From an uncultured SAR86 cluster bacterium (GTDB taxonomy: Bacteria > Pseudomonadota > Gammaproteobacteria > Magnimaribacterales > D2472), in the NCBI GenBank assembly GCA_902632555.1, contig CACPCZ010000001.1, positions 98,572-162,571 on the forward strand: DNA of 64,000 nucleotides, read 5' to 3'. Both the position numbers and the translations under genes were made by a program. This document shows, one piece after another, positions 18,987 through 28,774 of the stretch (positions within the stretch are counted from its first letter, which is position 1; each line of letters opens with the position of its first letter). The notes under the pieces are model-generated. The model was not told the DNA's origin and ran no database searches. It saw nothing but the letters and a program-made list of their open reading frames with translations.

Positions 18987-19559
18987 ATGACTCTATTTAT
19001 TCTAGAAAGTGTAGCAGTCATTTCTGCAATATTGTATCTGATTTTAGCAGGAAAAGAAGATGTAAAGTGCTGGTATGCGGCTATATTTAGCTCTTTGCTT
19101 TATATATATATTATGTATCAAGCTGGCTTGATAATGGAATCAATCTTACAAATATTTTATGTAGTAATGGCAATTTACGGATGGTTGCAGTGGAACAATC
19201 TTATAAATAAAAATTCAACACTGAGGATTAGAAGATGGAAAAAAATTAATCATTTATATTCTCTTTTTTCAGTAATAATTTTGGCGGTAATATCTGGAAT
19301 TTTATTAGAAAAATATACTAAAGCAGCATTACCCTTTTTGGATGCATTTACAACATGGGGAGCAATAATAACTACATACATGGTTGCAAAAAAAATAATA
19401 GAGAATTGGATTTATTGGTTTGTCATAGATTCGATCTCAATTTATTTATTTATTTCTAGAGAACTTTATTTAACTGCTTTTTTATTCTTAATATATTTAA
19501 TAATAATAATTTTTGGATATAAATCTTGGAGAAAAAAATTACTAGAATCAAATGGATAA
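18987..19559 (+). CDS. Pnu-family vitamin transporter (PnuT-like, thiamine)
   Basis: LQIFY...YGW.QW, PFLDAFTT, ENWIYWFVID motifs; specificity inferred from riboswitch. Confidence 0.88.
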   Translation: MTLFILESVAVISAILYLILAGKEDVKCWYAAIFSSLLYIYIMYQAGLIMESILQIFYVVMAIYGWLQWNNLINKNSTLRIRRWKKINHLYSLFSVIILAVISGILLEKYTKAALPFLDAFTTWGAIITTYMVAKKIIENWIYWFVIDSISIYLFISRELYLTAFLFLIYLIIIIFGYKSWRKKLLESNG

Positions 19560-20301
19560 AATTTTAAAGGAGCTTAAAAAACATAAAGTTTATGTTGAAG
19601 ATTTATTTATTTTAAGAAATGGTGAAACCTCAAATACGTACCTAGCCAAACAGAATGATAAAAAAATTGTTTTAAAAATTTTCAAAAAAAATTACCTAAA
19701 AATTAACATCAATTCGTATTTAGAAATTAATGTACTTGAACAGTTAATTCAGAATAAAATTTTTCCGAAGGTTATTACACACAACCAAGAATTGGGTATT
19801 CTAATTTATGAATATGTTGAACCTCTCTCATATAAAAAAAATAAGAAATTTATTTCAATGCTTGGCAATCAGATTAAAAAAATACATGGCGTAAAAGTAG
19901 AGAAAGATTTTTATTGTTTTGATGAACAAATAGAAAAGTACAAAAGTATTTTAGGTAAAAAGTTAGATAAAGATTTTCAAAGACTACATAAATTAATTAC
20001 TAGAGCAAAGCAATACAAATCTAAAATCTGTTTTTCACATAATGATCTAAACAGAGATAACATTATTCACAACAAAGAAATTTATTTCATTGATTATGAG
20101 TATGCATCTTTAAATAATATTTTTTGTGATTTAACCCGAGTAATCCAAGAGTACTCACTTAATAATGCAGAAATAAATACTCTTACAAATAGCTATGGTA
20201 TTCAAAATTCAAAAGATGTAATGGATCAAATAGAAATATGGACAAATATAAATACTCTTGTAGATAAAATTTGGAGTGAGATGATTTTAAAGTCACTCTA
20301 G
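19552..20301 (+). CDS. Choline kinase/APH-like phosphotransferase, probable thiamine kinase
   Basis: GETSNTY loop, VLK, HNDLNRDNI and IDYEYA motifs; operon context. Confidence 0.75.
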   Translation: MDKILKELKKHKVYVEDLFILRNGETSNTYLAKQNDKKIVLKIFKKNYLKININSYLEINVLEQLIQNKIFPKVITHNQELGILIYEYVEPLSYKKNKKFISMLGNQIKKIHGVKVEKDFYCFDEQIEKYKSILGKKLDKDFQRLHKLITRAKQYKSKICFSHNDLNRDNIIHNKEIYFIDYEYASLNNIFCDLTRVIQEYSLNNAEINTLTNSYGIQNSKDVMDQIEIWTNINTLVDKIWSEMILKSL

Positions 20302-20429
20302 TAATAAACTAAATTAAAAATTTAAATATTACTAATTACATCAATAGATAAATTTTTATAAAAAAAAGATTATAAATATAAGTCAAAAATGAACCTGAAT
20401 TAATTTTTTTGTGTAAGTAAATAAAGAAA

Positions 20430-20984
20430 TTAAGCAATAAAGGCAATAAATAAAGTAAAAATTACAATAACTATGGGTACAATTTTATCAATTTTTATAA
20501 CAATATCGTCTTTTTCAGGGAATTTTGGCAATTTTAATGAAAAAATAGTATATCGTTCATCTTCTTTGTACTCATAACTTGAAATGTTACGATCTGTACT
20601 CATGGGTACATTCACTTTAATCATATTATCTTTTTCATCTATACTTTCATCCAATTCTATATCATTATGCTCAGATATGTGCTCTCTTTCAGCAATTTCT
20701 TCACTATTTAGATTAGAATCTTCTTTAATTGGATTTTCAAAGACTTTCTCCTTTTCATCCTGAACACTTTCTGCTTCTGAACTATTTAATGTAATTTTAT
20801 TTAAATCAGATAGAATTTCGTCTCTTTTTATTATTGCTTCGGTTAGATTAGTAGTTTCAAGAGATTTCTTTATAAAATTTTTACCAATTATCTTAGATTG
20901 CTCTTTAGAAAGTCTTTTTTGAATGAAGTAAATATCCTTATTTTTACCCCTAAGTACTAAGTATTTTTCGTTTTTTGTACTCAT
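20430..20984 (-). CDS. Tail-anchored protein with integrase arm-binding-like (DUF6538-like) N-terminal domain
   Basis: YLVLRG...YFIQKR......IIGKNFIKKSLET.NL.EAI..RD pattern; acidic linker; C-terminal hydrophobic helix IVPIVIVIFTLFIAFIA. Confidence 0.65.
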   Translation of the reverse strand: MSTKNEKYLVLRGKNKDIYFIQKRLSKEQSKIIGKNFIKKSLETTNLTEAIIKRDEILSDLNKITLNSSEAESVQDEKEKVFENPIKEDSNLNSEEIAEREHISEHNDIELDESIDEKDNMIKVNVPMSTDRNISSYEYKEDERYTIFSLKLPKFPEKDDIVIKIDKIVPIVIVIFTLFIAFIA

Positions 20985-21081
20985 AATGTACTCACAATGT
21001 TAAACAATTAATTTTAAATTTGCAATCTTTTGTACCCATTTTTTTCTTTTCTACTATTTTTTTTCCAATTTGTACTCATAA
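20473..21081. repeat. Cluster of eight TGTACYCA motifs
   Basis: Forward copies at 20567, 20595, 20976, 20987, 21031, 21071; reverse copies (ATGGGTACA) at 20473-20481 and 20602-20610. Confidence 0.9.
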
Positions 21082-21222
21082 TATCTTGTATTTTCACTTA
21101 TATAAGTTTTTTTTTGAGTATATTTTATGTTTTAACTATTATTGCTATTAGTATATTTGTTGTTGTGTTTAATTTTTTTTGTTTTAACATTAGTATTCAC
21201 AAATTATTTGGGGAGTAACTAT

Positions 21223-22419
21223 ATGAAAATATTATGTGTTTTATACGATGATCCTATTTCTGGGATGCCAGAGAGTTATGCTAGAGATGATTTACCTAAG
21301 CTTGATAAGTATCCTGATGGAATGACTTTACCATCTCCTAGTTCTGTGGATTTCAATCCAGGTGAACTTTTAGGTTGCGTATCAGGTGAGCTAGGTCTAA
21401 GAAAGTTTTTAGAAGATGCTGGTCATACTTTGGTTGTAACTTCAGATAAAGACGGAGAAGGTTGTACAGCTGACAAAGAACTAGTTGATGCAGACATTGT
21501 TATTTCTCAACCTTTCTGGCCTTACTATTTAACTAGAGACAAGATGGAATCTGCTCCTAATTTGAAGATGGCCATTACTGCTGGTATTGGCTCTGATCAC
21601 GTAGATTTGCAAGCAGCAATGGACAATAATGTTGATGTTGTAGAAGTTACATATTGTAATTCGAGATCAGTTGCTGAACATATTGTCATGATGATTCTTT
21701 CTATGGTGAGGGACTATCATAATCAACACAGAATTGTTAAAGAAGGTGGATGGAATATTGCCGATGCTGTTCAACGCTCATACGATGTTGAGGGCATGCA
21801 CGTCGGAACAGTTGCTGCTGGCAGGATAGGTATTGATATGCTTAGAAAAATGAAACCTTTCGATGTGCATTTGCATTACTTTGATATTCATAAACTGCCA
21901 GACGAAGTCGAAGCGGAATTAAACCTTACCTATCATGATTCAGTAGAGTCCCTTGTTTCAGTATGTGATGTTGTGAATATTAGCTGTCCTCTGCATCCAA
22001 AAACTGAACATTTATTTAATGATGAATTAATTAGCAAGATGAAGCGAGGAGCTTACATAGTAAATACTGCAAGGGGTAAAATTTGTGACAAAGATGCTAT
22101 TGCAAGGGCGTTAGAATCTGGTCAGCTAAGTGGTTATGCCGGCGACGTATGGTTTCCACAACCAGCTCCTAATGATCATGTTTGGAGATCAATGCCCAAT
22201 CATGGAATGACTCCACATACATCAGGAACTTCATTATCTGCTCAAGCAAGATATGCTGCTGGGGTTAGAGAAATTTTAGAATGCTTCTTTGAAGGTAAAC
22301 CTATTAGAGAACCATACTTAATTGTTCAAAATGGTGATTTAGCAGGCATGGGAGCACATTCATATACCAAAGGCACTGCTACTGACGGCTCAGAAGAGGC
22401 AGCAAAGTATAAAAAATAA
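21223..22419 (+). CDS. fdh: NAD-dependent formate dehydrogenase (metal-independent)
   Basis: KILCVLYDDP, LLGCVSGELGLR, AGIGSDHVD, AAGRIG, NTARG, GDVWFPQPAP, TPHTSG; GGGGAG RBS before ATG 21223. Confidence 0.95.
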   Translation: MKILCVLYDDPISGMPESYARDDLPKLDKYPDGMTLPSPSSVDFNPGELLGCVSGELGLRKFLEDAGHTLVVTSDKDGEGCTADKELVDADIVISQPFWPYYLTRDKMESAPNLKMAITAGIGSDHVDLQAAMDNNVDVVEVTYCNSRSVAEHIVMMILSMVRDYHNQHRIVKEGGWNIADAVQRSYDVEGMHVGTVAAGRIGIDMLRKMKPFDVHLHYFDIHKLPDEVEAELNLTYHDSVESLVSVCDVVNISCPLHPKTEHLFNDELISKMKRGAYIVNTARGKICDKDAIARALESGQLSGYAGDVWFPQPAPNDHVWRSMPNHGMTPHTSGTSLSAQARYAAGVREILECFFEGKPIREPYLIVQNGDLAGMGAHSYTKGTATDGSEEAAKYKK

Positions 22420-22431
22420 ATCATTTTTATG

Positions 22432-22467
22432 ATCAGGATGGAATAAATTTTCATCCTGATTAGTTTT
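22432..22467 (+). terminator. Hairpin/possible intrinsic terminator after fdh
   Basis: ATCAGGATG/CATCCTGAT stem followed by TAGTTTT. Confidence 0.6.
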
Positions 22468-22478
22468 ATAATTAATAA

Positions 22479-22748
22479 ATGAAATCATCATATTGGAAAT
22501 CCAATTTAATTATTGTTACCTCACTTCTTTTTGTATGGTTCATTGTTTCTTATGGTTTTGGAATAATTTGGTCTGACGAATTAGATAACTTGAAAATTGG
22601 TGGATTCAAATTAGGTTTTTGGTTTTCACAACAGGGCAGCATCTATTTTTTTGTACTAATAATTTTTACGTATGTTTATCTTTTAAATAAACTGGACAAA
22701 AAATATTTTAACAGTTCAGAAAAATCTGAAATTAAAGAAAAAGATTGA
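22479..22748 (+). CDS. Small subunit of solute:sodium symporter (DUF4212-like)
   Basis: YWK.NL, GGFKLGFWFSQQGSI, LDKKY; two TM helices; overlaps the SSS gene. Confidence 0.85.
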   Translation: MKSSYWKSNLIIVTSLLFVWFIVSYGFGIIWSDELDNLKIGGFKLGFWFSQQGSIYFFVLIIFTYVYLLNKLDKKYFNSSEKSEIKEKD

Positions 22749-24496
22749 TGGAACTTCAAACCTTAACTTATTTATTTGTTGGTATTTCTTTTGCTCTTTA
22801 CATAGGAATTGCTATTTGGTCTAGAGCAAGATCAACCAATGATTTTTATATTGCAGGTAAAGGAGTTAGCCCAATTGCAAATGGAATGGCTACCGCTGCA
22901 GATTGGATGTCAGCAGCGTCGTTTATATCAATGGCGGGCTTAATTGCTTTTCTTGGGAAAGACGGCTCTGTTTATTTAATGGGTTGGACTGGTGGTTATG
23001 TTTTGTTAGCGCTTCTATTGGCTCCCTATTTGCGTAAATTTGGCCAATATACAGTTCCCGATTTTATTGGAACTAGGTATTACTCAAAGGCAGCAAGACT
23101 TGTAGCAATAATATGTTTGATATTTATTTCTTTTACATATGTAGCTGGTCAAATGCGAGGAGTTGGAATTGTTTTTTCAAGATTTCTTGAAGTAGACATT
23201 AACACTGGAGTAATAATTGGCATGTTAATTGTTTTTTTCTATGCCGTGTTGGGCGGCATGAAAGGAATTACATACACTCAAGTTGCTCAATATTGTGTTC
23301 TCATATTTGCCTATTTAGTTCCTGCTATTTTTATTTCTTTGTTAATTACAAATAATCCAATACCTCAACTTGGGTTTGGAGACAAAATTGCTGGGTCATC
23401 AGTTTATCTTTTAGACAAACTAGATCAGCTATCATTAGAACTTGGCTTTAATGCTTATACTGAAAATACAAAAAGCAACATAGATGTTTTTTTTATAACT
23501 GCAGCCTTAATGTTTGGTACCGCAGGACTACCGCATGTGATTGTAAGATTTTTTACTGTTCCAAAAGTTAGTGATGCTAGGAAGTCCGCAGGCTATGCTC
23601 TAGTTTTTATAGCTCTTTTATATACGACTGCTCCTGCAGTTGCAGCTTTTGCAAAAATTAACTTTATTGATTCAGTTCAAAAAGTGGAATATCAATCAGC
23701 ACCTAATTGGTTTAAGAACTGGGAAAGTATTGGATTAATAGCATGGAAGGATAAAAACGATGATGGAATAATAAATTATTCATCTGGAAATGCATTGGAG
23801 GGCGTAAAACCCATATATACAGATCAATTAGGAAAGCATGGTCAGAGAGTGGTTAAGAATGAACCAAATCAAAGCAATAAAAATGAAGTCTACATTGATA
23901 ATGACATTATGGTTCTTGCGAATCCAGAAATTGCACAACTACCTAACTGGGTAATTGCCTTAGTTGCTGCTGGAGCTCTTGCCGCAGCATTATCCACTGC
24001 AGCTGGTCTTTTGTTAGTAATCTCAGCATCAATTTCACATGACTTAATGAAGAAGATGCTCATGCCCAAAATAACTGAAAAACAAGAACTTATTTTTGCA
24101 AGATGTGCCGCTGCTGTAGCTATATTTATAGCAGGATTATTTGGGATTTATCCACCAGGGTTTGTAGCACAAGTAGTGGCTTTTGCATTTGGCTTAGCAG
24201 CATCTACAATTTTTCCTGCTTTATTTTTGGGCATTTTTTATAAAAGACTAAATAAGGAAGGAGCAATTGCAGGAATGATAACAGGTCTTTTAACTACTTC
24301 ATCTTACATAATTTACTTTAAGTTCCTAAATCCATCTTTTAATAATTCTGAATTTTGGATTTTTGGGATCTCTCCTGAAGGAATAGGATTTCTCGGAATG
24401 ATAATGAATTTTATAGTTGCATTAATTGTTTCAAATTTTTATAGTAGACCACCTAGCGAAATCTATCAGATGATAGATGAAATAAGAAAACCGTAA
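22748..24496 (+). CDS. Sodium:solute symporter (ActP/VC2705-like, probable monocarboxylate uptake)
   Basis: NGMATAADWMSAASF, GTAGLPHVIVRFFTV, AAALSTAAGLL. Confidence 0.9.
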   Translation: MELQTLTYLFVGISFALYIGIAIWSRARSTNDFYIAGKGVSPIANGMATAADWMSAASFISMAGLIAFLGKDGSVYLMGWTGGYVLLALLLAPYLRKFGQYTVPDFIGTRYYSKAARLVAIICLIFISFTYVAGQMRGVGIVFSRFLEVDINTGVIIGMLIVFFYAVLGGMKGITYTQVAQYCVLIFAYLVPAIFISLLITNNPIPQLGFGDKIAGSSVYLLDKLDQLSLELGFNAYTENTKSNIDVFFITAALMFGTAGLPHVIVRFFTVPKVSDARKSAGYALVFIALLYTTAPAVAAFAKINFIDSVQKVEYQSAPNWFKNWESIGLIAWKDKNDDGIINYSSGNALEGVKPIYTDQLGKHGQRVVKNEPNQSNKNEVYIDNDIMVLANPEIAQLPNWVIALVAAGALAAALSTAAGLLLVISASISHDLMKKMLMPKITEKQELIFARCAAAVAIFIAGLFGIYPPGFVAQVVAFAFGLAASTIFPALFLGIFYKRLNKEGAIAGMITGLLTTSSYIIYFKFLNPSFNNSEFWIFGISPEGIGFLGMIMNFIVALIVSNFYSRPPSEIYQMIDEIRKP

Positions 24497-24499
24497 ATT

Positions 24500-25222
24500 A
24501 TGAAAAAAACAGTTGCCATAATTGGCTCCAGTGGCGCTATTGGAAATGCAGTTGCAGAAATTCTTCTTGATGATGATGGGGTAGAAGCCATATATAGATT
24601 TTCAAGAAATGATTCTAATGAAAATTCTGATAGGGTAAAAAATTTATATATTGATATTGAAGACGAAGAATCAATAAAGGACTGTATTAAAAACTTATCC
24701 AAAGACATCAAATTTGATTTAGTGTTTGTAGCGACTGGCATACTTCATAATGATAATGATATTTTTCCTGAAAAAAGTATTAGAGACATTAGCCAATCAA
24801 AGTTAGAAAAGGTTTTATTAGTCAATACAATTGGCCCGGCCTTAGTTGGTAAATATTTTATTCCCTATCTTAGAAAGAATTCAAAAAGTATTTTTGCTTT
24901 CTTAAGTGCTAGAGTTGGAAGCATTTCAGACAACAAACTTGGTGGCTGGTATTCTTATCGCGCAAGTAAAACAGCCCTTAACCAAATAATTAAAAATTTT
25001 AGTATAGAAGTAAGGCGCTCAAACCCAAATGCAATCTTTATAGGTCTTCAGCCAGGAACGGTTAAAAGTTTCCTTAGCAAGCCATTTGAAAAAAATGTTA
25101 GACCTGGGAATTTATTTACTCCTGAATATAGTGCTACAAAGATGCTAGAAGTTATCGAAAATCTTAGCTTAGAGGATACTGGAAAAATATATGCATGGGA
25201 TGGTGAAGAAATTCAGCCATAA
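24500..25222 (+). CDS. Short-chain dehydrogenase, C-factor (CsgA)-like
   Basis: GSSGAIG, SARVGSISDN.LGGW, YRASK, PGTV. Confidence 0.88.
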   Translation: MKKTVAIIGSSGAIGNAVAEILLDDDGVEAIYRFSRNDSNENSDRVKNLYIDIEDEESIKDCIKNLSKDIKFDLVFVATGILHNDNDIFPEKSIRDISQSKLEKVLLVNTIGPALVGKYFIPYLRKNSKSIFAFLSARVGSISDNKLGGWYSYRASKTALNQIIKNFSIEVRRSNPNAIFIGLQPGTVKSFLSKPFEKNVRPGNLFTPEYSATKMLEVIENLSLEDTGKIYAWDGEEIQP

Positions 25223-25250
25223 AAAAACCCAGCGCTAGGCCGGGTTTTCT
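25221..25250 (-). terminator. Intrinsic terminator of proteorhodopsin (possibly bidirectional)
   Basis: Minus strand CCCGGC-CTAGC-GCTGGG followed by a T run, between convergent genes. Confidence 0.8.
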
Positions 25251-25263
25251 GAATAAAATTAAA

Positions 25264-25992
25264 TTATTCTGAGTCGCTTACAGCAGCCACATAAATAGCT
25301 AAACCAAATGCGATTTTGTTAATAAAATCAGCAAGGTTGTAGATAGTATTTGCACCGGCCATATCACCGCCACCCATAGCACCAAGCCAATATCCTATTG
25401 GATAAATAGCCCAACCAAAAGTAACAATCAATCTGATTGTTCCAAAGGCGCTTTGTGCAGCAGCATTACCACTAGAAGCATTTAATTGTCCAGCTTCGCC
25501 AGAGAATACTTCGTAGATAATGTATAACCATGCAGCGGTTGCTACGATTCCACAAACTAGTGCGTTAGAGCCAGTTTCACCCATGAAACCAACAACAAGC
25601 ATAACTAGTGAAGCTCCTAGAAGCTTCCAGAAAACGCTTGAGCTAACGTTAGTACATACTTTAAGAATTAAGTAGAACTCAATAATTTGAAGTGGTACTG
25701 TGATTAACCAGTCAATGTATCTGTATACCGTAGGTGATGATCCAGTTTCAACCCAAACACCTCTCATATAAAGATAGTGCCAAAACGCCACACCAGTAAC
25801 TAATCCAGCCACTGATAATGATGTTTTCCATTTGCCGTGAACTCTGTCTCTTTCAACAAAGAAGAATACAGTAGCAGCAAGCATAGCAGCTGTTACCAGC
25901 CAGAATGTTACTCCTGTTACGTCACTTGTCTGCAGATCAGCAGCAAATGCAGGTAGTGCAACTGCACCAACCATCATTAATAAAAATTTCAT
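25264..25992 (-). CDS. Proteorhodopsin, blue-absorbing DTE proton pump
   Basis: YRYIDWLITVPLQIIE (D97, T101, Q105, E108), H75 in FWHY, retinal Lys in DFINK; AGGAG RBS before ATG 25992. Confidence 0.97.
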   Translation of the reverse strand: MKFLLMMVGAVALPAFAADLQTSDVTGVTFWLVTAAMLAATVFFFVERDRVHGKWKTSLSVAGLVTGVAFWHYLYMRGVWVETGSSPTVYRYIDWLITVPLQIIEFYLILKVCTNVSSSVFWKLLGASLVMLVVGFMGETGSNALVCGIVATAAWLYIIYEVFSGEAGQLNASSGNAAAQSAFGTIRLIVTFGWAIYPIGYWLGAMGGGDMAGANTIYNLADFINKIAFGLAIYVAAVSDSE

Positions 25993-26054
25993 ATATAACT
26001 CCTTATAAGTAGTTAGGAGTAAAAAATACTCCCCCCCGTTAATATACAAGGTCT

Positions 26055-26082
26055 ATGATACCAAAATATAAAAAGGTAGCAA
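26055..26082 (-). promoter_or_regulatory. Putative sigma70 promoter of proteorhodopsin
   Basis: TTGCTA-16 nt-TATCAT with TGn extended -10 on the minus strand. Confidence 0.5.
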
Positions 26083-26231
26083 ATTTGAGGAATGTATTAT
26101 AAATAACTGTTATTTATGATTATTCAGATAGAAATATATTGTTTTTAGATGTAATTTGACTATTTTGATCTATTAATGGGTTCAAAATAAGATTAGATAG
26201 CTATGATAATATAATTAATTAAACAGTTATT

Positions 26232-27440
26232 ATGAAAAATATTTCATCTTCTCAACCTTTAAAGGGTATTAAAGTAATAGAGCTATCTAATATGATTACT
26301 TGCTCTTTAGCAGCAATGACCATGGCATCTCAGGGCGCAGATGTAATAAAGATAGAGCCACCGATCGGTGGCGACAAAATGAGACCATTGGGAACTCAGA
26401 AAAATGGTGTATCCGGATTTTTTCACAATTGTAATAGAGGTAAAAGATCTCTTGCTATTGATCTAAAATCTGAGGCAGGCGTAAATGCAGTAAAAGATTT
26501 GGTCTCAAGCGCTGATGTGCTAATGCACAACTATAGACCCGGCGTAATGGAAAAACTTAATTTGGGATCAGAAGATTTAAGAGCTTTGAATCCAAGTTTA
26601 ATATTTATAGCCGTAAGTGGATTTGGAACTGAAGGACCTATGGCTGATCTTCCAGCTTTTGATCATGTTATTCAAGGCTTTGCTGGATTTACTGATTTGC
26701 AGTCATCTGATGAAAACTCATTTGATTATATTAAGACATTTATATGTGACAAAGTAACAGCATATACAGTTTGCCAAGCAGCAACAGCTGCTCTTTTAGC
26801 CAGGACCAATACCAAGGTAGGACAGCATATTGATATCTCAATGCTTCACGCTTGTTTATCATTTATGTGGCCAGATGGCATGATGCACAGAACCTTGAAA
26901 GATCAAGATAAATTTGAAATGTCACCAGGATCAGATTATTTTCAAACTATTAATTATAGCGATGGGGGTGTCGCAGTTGCAGCTTTGACAGATGAGCACT
27001 ACGAAGTTGTTTTGCCCATGCTTGGATATCCTGAATTAGTTGGAACACCTTTATTTGCGTCTATTGCCTCAAGAATGACAAATATGAAGGAAGTCATGAA
27101 AACACACAAAGAGCCTCGGAAAGATATAGGTGTTGAAAAAGCAATCGAAATTTTAACTGCTGCTGACATACCTTGTTCGCCATGTACCAGGAGAGACGAA
27201 ATTGAAACAGTTGAACAGATTAAAGCCATTGGAGCGCTTGAAACATATGTTACTCAAACTATGGGCGAACTAACTGTCACTACACCACCAATTTTATTTG
27301 AAGGCAAATCAACATCTCACGCTGAGCCTAGTCCTTTGTTGGGCGAACATAGTGAAGAAATTTTACAAGAACTTGGATGGGACAACTCAAAAATTAGTAA
27401 ATTGATTGATTCTGGAGAAGTTTCAGTCTCAAGCATATAA
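26232..27440 (+). CDS. Family III CoA-transferase (CaiB/BaiF)
   Basis: PLKGIKVIEL, GADVIKIEP, NRGKRSLAIDLK, NYRPG, AFD..IQ, PLLGEH. Confidence 0.9.
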   Translation: MKNISSSQPLKGIKVIELSNMITCSLAAMTMASQGADVIKIEPPIGGDKMRPLGTQKNGVSGFFHNCNRGKRSLAIDLKSEAGVNAVKDLVSSADVLMHNYRPGVMEKLNLGSEDLRALNPSLIFIAVSGFGTEGPMADLPAFDHVIQGFAGFTDLQSSDENSFDYIKTFICDKVTAYTVCQAATAALLARTNTKVGQHIDISMLHACLSFMWPDGMMHRTLKDQDKFEMSPGSDYFQTINYSDGGVAVAALTDEHYEVVLPMLGYPELVGTPLFASIASRMTNMKEVMKTHKEPRKDIGVEKAIEILTAADIPCSPCTRRDEIETVEQIKAIGALETYVTQTMGELTVTTPPILFEGKSTSHAEPSPLLGEHSEEILQELGWDNSKISKLIDSGEVSVSSI

Positions 27441-27464
27441 CGGATATTTCCAATACCTTTCTAA

Positions 27465-28771
<1,307 letters not shown>

Positions 28772-28774
28772 TAA

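Noticed and set aside
20391..20398. GAACCTGA, resembling a second TPP aptamer core
   Set aside because: No CTGAGA element or supporting stems; chance match
20976..21005. dif-like site (TGTACTCATAA-TGTACTCA-CAATGTTAAAC)
   Set aside because: Needs an 8-bp spacer and lacks the conserved inner TTAT of the XerD arm; better explained as part of the TGTACYCA cluster
20473..21081. CRISPR array
   Set aside because: Repeats are 8-11 bp, irregularly spaced and in both orientations; no cas genes
20302..21222. Possible replication origin (AT-rich, repeated motifs)
   Set aside because: No DnaA boxes (TTATCCACA) seen and no oriC-associated genes or Rep gene nearby
21030..21222. Hydrophobic ORF 21030-21218 and the 27-aa N-terminal extension of FDH from 21142
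   Set aside because: Artefacts of T-rich intergenic DNA; FDH homology and the RBS point to ATG 21223
25993..26049. ORF-track N-terminal extension of proteorhodopsin
   Set aside because: Strong AGGAG RBS and signal-like sequence begin at ATG 25992; the upstream stretch is the 5' UTR
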